A DNA stretch of 64,000 bases, from contig JAQGDQ010000974.1 in assembly GCA_030141605.1 (NCBI GenBank), forward strand, positions 1 to 64,000. The letters run 5' to 3'. Below the pieces are notes generated by a model that ran no database searches, had not been told where the DNA came from, and saw nothing but the letters and a program-made list of their open reading frames with translations. Origin of the DNA: Tubiluchus corallicola (Eukaryota > Animalia > Priapulida). The position numbers were made by a program, and so were the translations under genes. This document shows positions 50,982 to 64,000 of the stretch, one piece after another; the stretch's first letter is position 1, and every line of letters starts with the position of its first letter.

Positions 50982-52184
50982 CGTTGAGTTTGGTTACAGA
51001 CAAGGTTGCAAAAAAGTTACATGGTAAGAGAATGAGGAGGATAGACGTTCGTTGAGTTTGGTTACAGACAAGGTTGCAAAAAAGTTACATGGTAAGAGAA
51101 TGAGGAGGATAGACGTTCGTTAAGTTTGGTTACAGACAAGGTTGCAAAAAAGTTACATGGTAACAGAATGAGGAGGATAGACGTTCGTTAAGTTTGGTTA
51201 CAGACAAGGTTGCAAAAAAGTTACATGGTAAGAGAATGAGGATAGACGTTCGTTGAGTTTGGTTACAGACAAGGTTGCAAAAAAGTTACATGGTAAGAGA
51301 ATGAGGAGGATAGACGTTCGTTGAGTTTGGTTACAGACAAGGTTGCAAAAAAGTTACATGGTAAGAGAATGAGGAGGATAGACGTTCGTCGAGTTTGGTT
51401 ACAGACAAGGTTGCAAAAAAGTTACATGGTAAGAGAATGAGGAGGATAGACGTTCGTTGAGTTTGGTTACAGACAAGGTTGCAAAAAAGTTACATGGTAA
51501 GAGAATGAGGATAGACGTTCGTTGAGTTTGGTTACAGACAAGGTTGCAAAAAAGTTACATGGTAAGAGAATGAGGAGAATAGACGTTCGTTGAGTTTGGT
51601 TACAGACAAGGTTGCAAAAAAGTTACATGGTAAGAGAATGAGGATAGACGTTCGTTGAGTTTGGTTACAGACAAGGTTGCAAAAAAGTTACATGGTAAGA
51701 GAATGAGGAGGATAGACGTTCGTTGAGTTTGGTTACAGACAAGGTTGCAAAAAAGTTACATGGTAAGAGAATGAGGAGGATAGACGTTCGTTGAGTTTGG
51801 TTACAGACAAGGTTGCAAAAAAGTTACATGGTAAGAGAATGAGGATAGACGTTCGTTGAGTTTGGTTACAGACAAGGTTGCAAAAAAGTTACATGGTAAG
51901 AGAATGAGGATAGACGTTCGTTGAGTTTGGTTACAGACAAGGTTGCAAAAAAGTTACATGGTAAGAGAATGAGGATAGACGTTCGTTGAGTTTGGTTACA
52001 GACAAGGTTGCAAAAAAGTTACATGGTAAGAGAATAGAGGATAGACGTTCGTTGAGTTTGGTTACAGACAAGGTTGCAAAAAAGTTACATGGTAAGAGAA
52101 TGAGGATAGACGTTCGTTGAGTTTGGTTACAGACAAGGTTGCAAAAAAGTTACATGGTAACAGAATGAGGAGGATAGACGTTCG
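50982..52184. repeat. Minisatellite, 68/65-bp unit, ~18 near-identical copies
   Basis: CGTTGAGTTTGGTTACAGACAAGGTTGCAAAAAAGTTACATGGTAAGAGAATGAG(GAG)GATAGACGTT. There are no unique spacers, so it is not CRISPR. Confidence 0.97.
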
Positions 52185-53229
52185 AGAGTGTTTGGTCAAG
52201 GTCATGAATTCATCAGGCTGCATTGTGCTTTCTTACGAAGCCATGCAATTTGAATGGTCTTCTTCATAAACATTCTATTATGAAAATTTTGATACTACGC
52301 TAGTGTAAATAAACTCGTAGAGCTTTTGGTAACTTTTATCCTCCTGCCATTCACACTAGTTACGGTTAATGAAATCCTTCATGTACTGCTATCCAACAAT
52401 GGACTCAAATTCCTCCTTAGGCAAAAGTATTTCAATTACAACGTTTTAAAAGGTTTATATTTGATTTGTTACTGACACGTTGCCTAACCTGCCATTTTGG
52501 TGTTTTTAAATACCTCTAATCACAGTTGTCTGTATTATTATCATTAATTGTTTTTATAGCTGAATATTGTTTTTTAACTTTCAGCTATTTTGCATGTATT
52601 ACTCTGTCTGTACCATGCGTGTGTTTGCGCCATCTCGTGGTGAGTCTAGAAAGCTCACGCTCCTACTCTCCTTGAGGATGATTTGTTCAATTTCCAAACC
52701 GTTTCTGTTTTTATTGTTGTATTGTTATTTTCATATGTAAATAGTTTAATGTTTTGTGTTGCAAATGAGTCAAATAAAAAACTATTGATGTGAATTAGTT
52801 CCCTTGGATTACAATAAATTGTGTTTAGCCATGTTACACGTTAGGTTACTGTGTGGCAGGTTAGGGTTAGGGACGATTTTTTCCGGTTCAGAGATGTCCC
52901 TTATATCCAAGGTTGACTGTATAACAAATGATAAATATTCTGTCCATGCGTCACGCTATAAGCAAATATACAGACATAACAACTTTGGGTGGCGGTAAGT
53001 TGCTGACGCAAAACTTGCCGTTTTTTTGTAACAGCTTCCCATGAATGGAAGAAGATGAACATCTGTTATCAAGCGTAGAGTATTAAATTCATGCATGGCT
53101 GCAAGTATGTGATAATACGACACGATTGTTGATTGACTAACGCAGCATTGATAAACACTTGTTGAATGAGTCAAAGCTCATCTCCGTCTGAAGCTGATTT
53201 ATGGCGTTTATGCAGCTGGGTGAGGGTGA

Positions 53230-53238
53230 AGAGAGAGA

Positions 53239-53306
<68 letters not shown>

Positions 53307-53419
53307 GAGGGGGGAGAGAGAGAGGATGGAGAGAGAGGGAGGGAGGGAGTGTGAGAGAGGGCGAGAAGAAAAAGAGAGAGAGAGACACAGAGAAAAATGG
53401 CGAGAGAAAGAGAGTGAGT

Positions 53420-53463
<44 letters not shown>

Positions 53464-53650
53464 AGAGAGAGAGAGAGAGTGAGAGAGGGCGAGAGAGAGA
53501 GAGAGAGAGGACAGAGAGAGAAAGAGAGAGAGTGAGAGAGGGCGAGAGAGAGAGAGAGAGAGGACAGAGAGAGAAAGAGAGAAGAGAGAGCCAGAGAAAA
53601 AGGGTGAGAGAGAGAAAGACAGAGACAGAGAGAAAGGGCGAGAGAGGGGG
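53230..53650. repeat. (GA)n-rich microsatellite
   Basis: Seen directly; it produces the ER/LS-repeat ORFs. Confidence 0.97.
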
Positions 53651-53886
53651 GATATAGAATGGACGTTCGAAAGGTCAAAGATCAAAATCAGTGTGGACAT
53701 AACTTTGAAGTTGGACTTTGTAAGTGGGATTATTAAACGACTTTTGGTCTGTGCATGTGTATGTGTTTGTACAAAAGTTGGTGCTGATCTAGAATTTTGC
53801 AAGTTATACAGCTAGATATGTAGTTATTGCGTGCTCGCAACTCGCAAGGCATATATAACGCCATGATTGTTTGGGTATTAATTTAC

Positions 53887-56800
53887 CTCCAAACTCGTTA
53901 ATAAATGATCTTATCATCGACAAACGGAATTGATGTGCTCAAATAAGATGCTTAGCGAGCTGTGTTTTGGTAATGGAACTGAATATGTGCGACTGGTTTG
54001 GGTTTAAGAACCTACAGGCGATGAAACCAGCCAGAAACTATTGGACCTGTACCTATTTACCATTCAGTTAATCGGGAACTTACTCCCCCTCACCTCCCCC
54101 CCGGGCACTGCTTGAAACCAAAATAAAATTACATACCTTATCACAGCTATCTGAATAAACCGTCCTAGGAACTGAGAGATGCAATCTCTCCCTGTCTTCA
54201 CCACTTGTGCTGTTACTAGTTCTTCTTGCAGGAATGTCACTTGTGCCTCTGATAGCAGGTGATCTCTTCAATGAACTGCATTGTCTCTGTATGTGAGTTC
54301 TTGCAGGTGGGTGTGGTTCAGACACCTGAGCAAGCACATCTTCTGACAACAGAGGTGTTTCTGATGTGACGGACATGTTCTCCAGCAGATTCACTGTCTG
54401 TCTTACCGGTGAAAGGCTCTGCGAGGACAAAGAACTAATTGATGAATTGTTCCTTTCTGCCCCTTCTGGTCCACTTTCGCTAGACATTGCAGCACTTTCA
54501 CTGGACGCGGGTGGAGACTCGCCTCCACTGGATGTTACACTCCACTCGCAGGTGACACTTGACTTGAAAGGCTGCGTTTCGTTGTCCTTGCGCATTTTCA
54601 GTAAAAAATATGTGAAATGTCTCCAAGATAAAGTTGCTTCAGCACCAGAATCACTTCTGAAACTTGAGTGACCGCCACTCGTTTGTTAATTAATTTCTAT
54701 GGATTTTTAATCAATTACAAATGTCCACATTCTTATAGCAGGTCGTAGTGCCTACATAAAATCAACTGACAATATTGAAAAAGAAAGTTTTGCACGACCA
54801 GTTCGTTCCACTTTGAATCTGGTGTCTTAGTTTCATAGACCGTTTACCTAACATGAATCACAGCTCTTGGAAAAATGTTCTTGCCAATCCACGTGTTGCA
54901 CTGAAGCATAAATTTGTTTCACAAAGTCGGCGGAAAAACAAGTACTATATTTGGCGGCAGCACTGACGCACGAGAATCACCCCAGAAGCCAACTTCTCTG
55001 TGAATGGATAAGCAGCGTGACTTCAGCTGCAATGAAGCCATGTTTTTTGGGACGCAGTTTGGTGAGCAATTGGCACAGAATGCGCATGATACGAAGCGTT
55101 GAATGCGATACTATAAATAAATCCTTTTACAAACTACTGGGCTGGAGAAGTAGCTGCTCAGCCGTGCAATTTTATTATCTCTTACGCAAACACGGGAATT
55201 TCCCTTAAACGCCCCGCGATGGGCAACGTGTAACTTACAGATACCGTGCAATGCTTTCACGCTAATGCAGTAACACGCTAGAAACTGCACTGAAATATTT
55301 TAAGCATTTAAAAATGAAAAATGCATTTTTGTGTAAGTTATATCGGCGATTTTAGCTTGCAAATTATTTCTACCTGTTTGCCTACATAATTCTAATGTAC
55401 TTATGTGGCGATGCCCTGTCCCTTCGCCCAAGTTTTAGAGCTAATTATCTATAATTTACTTGTAATATCGAAAATCGTAAAACAGTCAAAATTTGCCACA
55501 GAAATTTGTATATTGATATCTTCTGTATTACACAACTTGCGGTGAGACACAAAAACTTCTATGACAATTTCAGAAACAAAGACGCTAACGAAACTTTTTA
55601 TAACACAAGTAATCTAAACAAGCATGTCCGCCTTTTTTCACTCGTCTCCTGCAGACACGTGCGCGCCGAACAATTCGGTCACGTGACCATTCTGATTGCG
55701 TCAGCACAACTTAGTCTTTTATAGACTTGCCAGTTTAACGAATTACTTTAAATACGCTTTTCTTTAAAATTCCTGCTATCAATACTTCCAAGCGGTTTGC
55801 ATTCATTTGATTAAATGGGCCTATTTGTATTTTACGGAAATTTAAATACTGGTTCAAATTTTAAAACCTGTCAAAAATGAGCTCGCATCAAATTATTTAT
55901 GTCATTTTGACAAAAGACGAATATTTATTGCATAATTTTCGTCGTTTCTACTGGGAACGAGTTTGAAAAGGCCGCTTTCAGACGTCTCTTAAATGTGAAA
56001 CTGAACAGACGCAAGACAAATGCGAAGAGATTTTGTTCTGTCAGAAAAGAAAAGATTTGCTTGCGTATTGAACATTTATAGTTAGTTTAGTTTATTTATT
56101 CCAAAAGCCAGTTTTTACATAAAATGACATAAATTACAATGAGCAAGGTAAATTATCGGCTCAGATCAAAAGTAAAACTTGTGAGATCTTAGCCGAATAG
56201 GCGATATGGAATAGCGGGGTGCAGGAGGTGCAAAATAAAATAAAATTATGACAGGTTATGAATGCGAAGATTTTTTTTAATTAATTAATTATTTCTACGT
56301 TCTCATTATTAATTACATGTATTTGCAAACCGCTTATATTCAAGCAGGCTGCACAACATCTTGTTGTGTAATACCTTGCACCTGTTCATTATGTGGCACT
56401 TATATAAAAACTGCTTTAAGTAACTGCCTGTGGTGTGTTATAAAATGCGTCCTTTACATTGATATGAAAGTATACACGTTTTCCGAGGAAAACAAGAATT
56501 TTGCCTAAAATGTGACGTCCCTAAAACTTTGGCGCCCTAGGTTATAGCCATCTAACTGTCAAATTAATGTTGTGTGCTAACTTTATTTACATACATAGTC
56601 TTCAAAGAAGATCTTACCTGGACAGTGCAGTTTCCAGTTTCTTTTCTAACACTTCGTTTTCATTCACGTAACGACACAGCTGCTTTGATAAACCCTCAAG
56701 CTGTTCAGCCATACTGGTATTTTGCCTTTCGAGTAAGACATTTGTGGTGTTGAGCTGATCGTATGTGTTGTTTGTATCATCTGTGAACAGTGCATCTGTG

Positions 56801-59800
56801 ACATGAGCAAAACTGATAAAGAACTAGGCCAAGTATCGTATATGTAACAATACCATAGATATGGTTTGTGTAGATCAAAGATCTCGGTGATTGCTTAGCA
56901 GTGTTCTGCATTCTAGACTGTCATGCTGCTCTGATCTTCTTTAAGTTCCTAATTAGTTTAATAATTACTACTTTATTATGCACGCATTTGTCTGGTTGCT
57001 AATATTATTGTAGCGTGTAACATGGTGTCAGAAGTGAACTAGTTTGTTTTGAGTATTTATTCGGACGGCAAATTTGTAGAGAACTATGAATCAGCTAAAA
57101 CCGCCTAACGCACTAAACTTCGAATCACGCAATCTGTCACAAGCATGGAAAAAATGGCGTGAAGAATTTATCTTGTATATGGAACTTGCACTTAGTGACA
57201 AAACTGAAGAAGTGAAAAAGAAGACTTTTCTGTATTTAATCGGAGAGAGAGGTAGGGAAATCTATCCCACATTAAATATAACTACACCTGAAGCTGAACG
57301 AACTGCCGGACACTTGTTTACAGCCTTTGAAAGGTATTGTATTCCAACTGCCAATCAAACAGTTGAAAGATACAGATTCCTTACTAGAGTACAAAGTTCT
57401 TCTGAAACTATTGATGAATATGTAACAGCTTTGAGAGTGCTGGCTAGTACACGTGAATTTGGGCAGTTGGAAGATTCTCTATTGCGTGACAGAATATGTG
57501 GCGTATACGTGTCGTATAGTATTTTATCTTAGTCAGCATTTTCAATACTGTTAGAGACTTTGTTAGAAAAATGTTTTCAAGACAATGCATACAATTTGTT
57601 AATAAGAAACCTACTGATCGTTGTAAGTCAAGTTTTCTCATTTTCACATATGCACGAATCACTGGTGAAGACTTAAAAGAAAATGTTGCTTAGGTAAAAT
57701 ACAACGTACAACAGTAATTATGATATTATATTAATTAAAACGTAAACGTGAGTTTATTATAACTGACAAGTGCACCATATAACAATTTTTTTAACATTAT
57801 AACAATATAACAAAACCAAAGAACGTTTCAGCCATAAATTTTTAGTAAATTCAAATTAAGTATAACACATTAATACAGAACAATGAGTCTGTGCAGGACA
57901 CCTGAAGATAGCAGTAGAAGTAAATAATAACATAATAAATCAACTACAATTAACGTCAACTATTTTTGTCCGAGGACTAGCTGTAAAAGCACTCTTGGAC
58001 GTGTGTAAAAGCTTGTTGGAAGGAACTAATGCCTCGTCTTCCACCTGCAAATGGTGAACCTGTAGATTTTTATTCACTCGCGGAATTGCGTTTTCCTTAC
58101 CTACATTGTCAAATAAACGTTTATCACTTGTTTTATTTACTGAGCTGCTAGTGCCTACTGTTGTCGATTCACCCTCATCATATTCTAACTGTTTTAAATC
58201 TGTCATCTTTACGTCTGATATTTTGCTGGCTCTAGTTCTTTGCTTCTTATCAAAAGAAATTTTTCGTATCACACGACTTTTATCAGATAAACTCGTTATC
58301 GACTTGGAAGACTTTTGGTTGTATCGGCTACATGAAGTTTTTTGTCGAAGCTTTGGTGAAGCCTCGTCCACATTCTCATCACCATAACGCACAAGAAGAG
58401 ATTTTGTACTGATAATAGGTGCACTCTTATCTCTACTTCTTTTGATGCCACGACACATAAGAGTTTCTCTAAATTCCGTACTTGGCATAGACGTTCTAGT
58501 TTCTGGACTGGTACTTAACTTGTTTATTTGCATTGGATCATCCCCCTTCAACAAAGGGCTTATTTCCACGTAACACATTTTCTTAATTTTTGCATCGTTT
58601 ACTTCTGCATCCACTTTTAATTCCACTTTGTCTGAAGTTTGTCTAACATTGCCCTCAATCGTATCATGCACATTTGCTTCCACATTGTCTGAGTTCTCAC
58701 TCCTCTCATCAATATCTGCTTTTTCACTCGTTGGAGTTTCCTCAACAGAGTATTTGTTTCTGTCAACCATGTCTGCTTCCCTACTCTTTATACCACCAGT
58801 TATGTCACAGTTTCTTTCATTAACTTCTGCTTCAGATTTTTCTGCAGTTTCTTTATTAAAGTTTTTGTTCATATTATCCGAGTCTACTTCTATTCTTTCT
58901 GAAGAAACCTTAACAGGCACATCACTGCCAACGTTGTTTTCTCCTGCTTCTATTTTCATTGGTGTTTCTTTAGCAGAATCTTTCACTTTTTTGAATTCTT
59001 CTCCAATCACGTGCTTACGGCCGGATTCCTCGTCACAATTATCTTCATGCACCGGCATACTAATTTCGTCCGTTTCTTCACCGTCGTGATCAGTGTCCAG
59101 TGTTGCCACAATTTCAGCACCGCTTACTTTGCCATGACCAGAAGTAAGGTTAAGATTACTTTTAGATCAGTAAGTCTACTTAATTTCACAGAACAACTGA
59201 TTACTTCTCTGTAGGCACCATTACAACCAAACTCTGTGTTCACTTTTTGCAAGGATACGCCAATTGAATCATGAGAATCTTCAACTTCCAAGCTATCTCT
59301 GCTTATTGCATAAGTGTCGCATTCCACAGCATTTGTTAAATGTTGTTGTTCATGTTGTTCATCTGCTTGTTCCTGGATGCTGTTGTCACAAACATCTAAA
59401 CTGTCATTACTTAACACACATGCATTACATTCCAAGGAATCGGTTATATCTTGTTCCTCACTTGCTTTCTCTTCTCTATTGATGTCATGGTTAGGGTCAC
59501 TACTACCATCGTTGGAAGAGTTTGTTATTATTTCTGGCGGCTTATCAGTAACGGAACTGCCAAGGTTTTGTAAATTCTCTTCTGTGTCTTCGTGCAAGTT
59601 TTCTTTGATTGAAAGATCAACAGTACAGTAGACACTAGCTTCAGGCAGCGCTACTATACACCTATCCTTAACAATCTTTGTTTCATTTGACACATTGACA
59701 ATAACTTCCTTCTCTGTTTGCAGTCCAAAATTATCTGCAGACTCAGCATAAGAACCAAATGGCAAAGTGTCATTAAGCAGTAAATGATGATTAGCATTGA

Positions 59801-60661
59801 CTGAAAGTTGTGATTGCATGTCAACAGACTTAACAATTTCCTGACGACTTTGACAAGGAAACACTTCGTCGTCATCATCATATGCAGATATGACAATTTT
59901 TGGCACGGAAACTACTTCTTTTTGTTACATGAGAATCAAAACCACTACCACAAACATTATTTCTATTCTTAATTATAGTAGGAATATTATCAACTGCTTC
60001 ATTAACTTGATTCGTGCCAGTATTAACCAAGCTACCTTCGGGCACACCATATCTAGTTCTAAATGGAACGATGTTATCCTTGAGCTTGTTATTTGCCATT
60101 TGAAGAGCCTGGCTGGTTTGCTCTTCGAGAATCTGTTGCTCCTTCGGTGCTGTTTCCTAAAAATTTAAAAATAAAATGATTTAATAACATATTACGTTAG
60201 TTTCCCCATGTTCAAAATACAGACTTCAGGAACTATGTACGGAAAAGTATAATTATGACAATGAAGAAAATCTGAAATACAGTTTTTAGCTAAACACAAT
60301 GACTTTAGGCAACATTGATTTTTGCACTTCGTAAAGTAAAAATAACATTTTAACTTTAGCCACTTTAATATCTTTTTTCAGTTGACTTAAACAGTTGTGT
60401 AGTTAGCAGTTTCCTAAATGAGCTCAAAAGTATGCAAATCTTTATAAAAATAATTTGCCAAATCCATGATACCAAGACGTATATGATTTGTTTCAGGTTA
60501 AAATGTTAGCATACCAGTGTTGTTAGTTGTTCTTCTTGCTGGTTAAGCAGTGTTATCAGCTGTTCAATGATTTTTTCCAGGTGCTTAATATTTGAATCTT
60601 TTTCTTGGAATGTTTCTCCTGCTTCTTGTAACATTTCGTTTAATTCCATATTTTCAGCTTC
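53887..60661 (-). pseudogene. Disrupted multi-exon gene for a large coiled-coil + acidic/Ser-rich disordered protein (family not recognised)
   Basis: Exon-like blocks: 60661-60515 (EAENMELNEMLQEAGE...); 60156-58101 (~2 kb, frameshifts near 59920 and 59160); 56780-56618 (LLERQNTSMAEQLEGLSKQL..LEKKLETALS); 54751-54138 (in-frame stops near the start); ~54011-53887 (stops). Splice phases fit (0, 1, 2, 0). It may continue to ~49903. Confidence 0.6.
56843..57502 (+). mobile_element. 5' fragment of a Ty3/Gypsy LTR retrotransposon (LTR + PBS + truncated gag)
   Basis: Putative LTR TG...TAACA at 56843-57022, immediately followed by PBS TGGTGTCAGAAGTG (tRNA-Leu type). The gag ORF from 57086 reads MNQLKPPNALNFESRNLSQAWKKWREEF..LYLIGERGREIY..YCIP..NQTVERYRF..RVQ...ETIDEYVTALR...LLRDRI. 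Confidence 0.85.
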
Positions 60662-63229
60662 CTAAAAAACAATTTGTACATGCATCCAGTTATATCAATT
60701 TAACATTCGCGCTATTGCCTTTTTCTGCGAATCTGGTTAGATTAGCGCAGGTTTTACCTAAATGTTAAAAAATAAAGAAATACTGGCATTAATCTGACTT
60801 TTTCGCTCTTTACCTTACGCTAGCCCATACGCATGCTGTCACATTGCGCTGGCAATATTACTTAGTTACTTCACAAGTGTCTTTGACGCACTGCGTTTTT
60901 CATTCAGAGTTGCATGTAAAAATTGTAGGGATCTATGCTCGTTGCCAAGCCAACAAAAATGCAAACTTTTGGCAGACGGTGTAAAATTAAGCAGACAATT
61001 TGTCAGATTACCAGTAAAATTTCTTGTGTTTTGCGCTGATGGGCACTAACAATTAAGTTCGATTCCAAAGAGATACTATTCAACGTACACTATTGCTCAA
61101 GTTGCTATGTCGCACTTATGGTGCTGAAGTTACACGCGATTACAAATCACAACTGTTACAATTACAGTTCTAGGTACAGTTACAGTAAAATAAAGTAATT
61201 CTACTTAACTTGAGGACTGGCCAATTTACAATCGTTATTGACCAGATCCTTATTCCTCCTCGAAACTTCTTAGCATCAGTGATTTGTCGTAGCAAATGAC
61301 GCAGTAGTATCACCACACTGAGCTAAAGAATGTGTCTGCTTCCAGATCGTCTCGTAAAAAAACAACGGCAACTCACCACTCTGATCCTCACTCGTGTGTC
61401 TATGTGTGTGCGCCAACTCTGAACTTTTACTTAGCTTATAAAGCGAAAGCCATCAACTCACGCATTGCGTAAAGGTCACTAAGGATTGCACCACCTCAAA
61501 TAATTTAGTATACCAGAAGTCTCAACCCTACATCCTTAGACAGTGAATAATGTTCGGTAGGCTAGTTTAACAATCAGTAATGACTGGTACTGAACTTTAA
61601 CAAAATAACTTCCTGACTTGTTTATCAACAAATGGCCAGCGCCGGACACACTTTATGTCCACTAATTGGCATGCAACTCTTTAACAAGCGACGTCTTCTT
61701 TTAATCTTACGCTTCCTTGTTTACTAACCTACGTCATCTAAACTCATTAGATTCGAACTCTTGAACTCGTGAAAAATTAAATTCAAGTTACAAGCTGGGT
61801 GAGTCACTTGTAATCAAATTGTATGGTTTTCACTATCAAACCCAGGGAGGAGTAGTTTTATCTCCGAAATCTGATTATTCAATGGTTTCAATTAATTTCC
61901 AATTAATTCTATATTTTAAATTTGATTCACAACAATTGTGCAATTAAAAAAACTGTTAAAACACTAACCAATTGCCGTACTAGCAGCCAAGTAAAAACAC
62001 ATTCGTTATTCATCTAGTAATTTACAGCTTTACTAACTCAGACAGTGGAACAGAAATTAACTGACTATGCTGTTTGCCTGACTTGAGAGAACCATTTTTT
62101 CTTTGGGGTATCATAAGGAAAGAAGAAGAAGAAAACCCAATGCTAATTAGGATAGATGGATACGGCATCTATTTTTGTAGCCTCAGCACCCAAGGCTCGC
62201 CCATTGCTCGACCACCTTCTTTTCCTAGTACATAACCAGGTACACAAATAAGGCTGAGTAAACCTAAGACGGCTAGTGAGTCCTGCATGAAGAAAGGATT
62301 ACGGAAAGGTCTAAAGAAAGGTTTTGTATGAATACACCTCAAACACTTCAAAAGCTACAAAATGATATTTGACAAGAAAGCAAAGCTGAAATTTTACATA
62401 GTGTTAGGGCATACCATTCCAAGAATAACAATAAATATATTTAAAAGAATTTTTGCTTATGGCTTTTCATTGAGAACGATTTTTCAATTTTTCGAAAGAA
62501 AAGTGGCTTTGAGCCATCCTGAATTAAGCACATCTCCTAATTTACATGTTGATTTAAGACATGACGACAATTATGCATGTACAGTACAAACAAGAATAAG
62601 CAACATGGCAAAGAGATACCAAATATAATATATAACAGTAAAGCCTGTAATATAAAGTTAATGTGCTAAGACAGTGTGATCGAGAATAGTCTTAAGTTAT
62701 TCCTTCTTACTCATGGTACTCTGTTAACTTCATCAAACTGAAGGCCCTAAAACATAGATGTGCTCTTAGCTTTGTGAATGTCGTACCAGCGTGAAAACTT
62801 CATTCAGTGCTCAAGCTATTGCAAATGTGCAGTAACAAAAGGAGAAACCAAAAATCTCCACACTTCTCCAGACAGAGACCCTACACCATATTCAATATGC
62901 TATTGTTTACCTTAAGCCAGTTCAGAAATTCTGGTGGAGTATATGGCACTCCTGAACAAAGTGAGAGTGCCAAGGTGGACTGTTATATTAGTATACTAAT
63001 ATATCTTAAATTAAGTTAAGCAAACACACTCATGAAACAATTACAGCTATCACCTGCAAATTAAATTGAAATGAATCACAATAGCAACTAATAAGTAATG
63101 TTAGTTATTTGAGTTCAGGGTTGCCACTTGTATGGATAGTGACTTAAAAGTGACTAAGACTTAGTTTCTGACTTAGATACGGCTTTATACAGAAATATCA
63201 GGTGTTTCTAATTATTGAACATTTGGCTT

Positions 63230-63676
63230 GCCACAAAGTGTGAGCAACTTTACATGAGTCACACGCGACGATATTCAAGGATTGTGTTTGATTAAACGTC
63301 GTGTTGAGTGCTTGCGTGTATCATCAATGAAACAGTCGTCTCCTGAATTATTTCAGTCGTCAGTAACTCATTTGTGAACATTTCTAAATCTTTTGCTAAG
63401 TTTATTGCATTTAAGTGTATACTCGAAAAAGGTTTCTTAAATAAAAAGTAACATTCTAAGATAATTTTTATGACATTTTTTCATTTCTGATTTAATGTTG
63501 ATTGGTATCATAATGCGAAATATATTTTATATGTACATAGAGGAACACTATGTTAATCAACTATTATGTATATACATATAGACTAACTTCGTTATATTCC
63601 CGTTATCTCGCCATACTCGCCCCTCGCCAAAAATTTGCCCTAGACGGACAGTGGCGAGATAACGAGGCTACACTGT
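63230..63676 (-). mobile_element. Partial inverted copy of the 29909-31115 element
   Basis: 63480-63676 is the reverse complement of 29909-30120; 63231-63257 matches 30775-30800. Confidence 0.75.
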
Positions 63677-63737
63677 TATATGTTATTAAATCATTTGATT
63701 TTTAAATTTGCTGTATGAACTGTCATTTCTCTTTTAG

Positions 63738-64000
63738 GAAACAGCAACGAAGGAGCAACAGATTCTCGAAGAGCAAACCAGCCAGGCTCTTCAAATGGCA
63801 AATAACAAGCTCAAGGATAAAGATGAAGACATCGTTCTACTTAGAACTAGATATGGTGTGCCCGAAGGTAGCTTGGTTAATACCGGCACGAATCATGTTA
63901 ATGAAGCAGTTGATAATATTCCTACTATAATCAAGAATAGAAATAATGTTTGTGGTAGTGGTTTTGATTCTCATGTAACAAATGAAGTAAGTTCCGTGCC
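63738..64000 (+). CDS. Start of a large exon, inverted paralog of 60156-59902; frame open to the window edge
   Basis: After a TTTCTCTTTTAG acceptor it reads ETATKEQQILEEQTSQALQMANNKLKDKDEDIVLLRTRYGVPEGSLVNTGTNHVNEAVDNIPTIIKNRNNVCGSGFDSHVTNEVSSVP, nearly identical to the minus-strand copy. Confidence 0.6.

Noticed and set aside
50982-52184. CRISPR-like array
   Set aside because: Head-to-tail identical units with no unique spacers, no cas genes, and a eukaryotic context.
53137-53802. ER-/LS-repeat ORFs
   Set aside because: Translations of the (GA)n microsatellite.
58106-59631. Plus-strand Ser/Leu-rich ORFs
   Set aside because: Antisense shadows of the minus-strand Glu/Lys-rich exon.

Overview
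AT-rich, intron-containing animal DNA; the 5S-derived sequence looks lophotrochozoan-like, but the species cannot be fixed from this window. There is no prokaryotic operon, CRISPR array or defence system. Hand-spliced gene models with consistent GT-AG phases give a compact housekeeping cluster: INPP5A first coding exon (-), head-to-head with HDDC3/MESH1 (+); a CEP57-family gene (+), tail-to-tail with POLR3G/RPC7 (-); SAP18 (+), tail-to-tail with a TNIP2(ABIN-2)/CEP55-family gene (-). Further right is a disrupted large coiled-coil/low-complexity gene (-) with an inverted duplicate starting at the right edge (+). Introns carry many MITEs (five copies of one TTAA/Kolobok-like family, plus hAT-, pogo/Tigger- and piggyBac-like elements), LINE relics, two Ty3/Gypsy gag fragments and several minisatellites. 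Best leads: (1) a TSD-flanked 5S-rRNA-headed SINE with an RTE-like body and tail; (2) a tandemly duplicated, possibly mutually exclusive coiled-coil exon in CEP57; (3) a non-canonical UBAN motif (DDWxxEK) in the TNIP2-like protein; (4) the inverted gene duplication; (5) a TIR element carrying a gag fragment. Family names come from recalled motifs, not database searches. I cannot claim a wholly new biological system.
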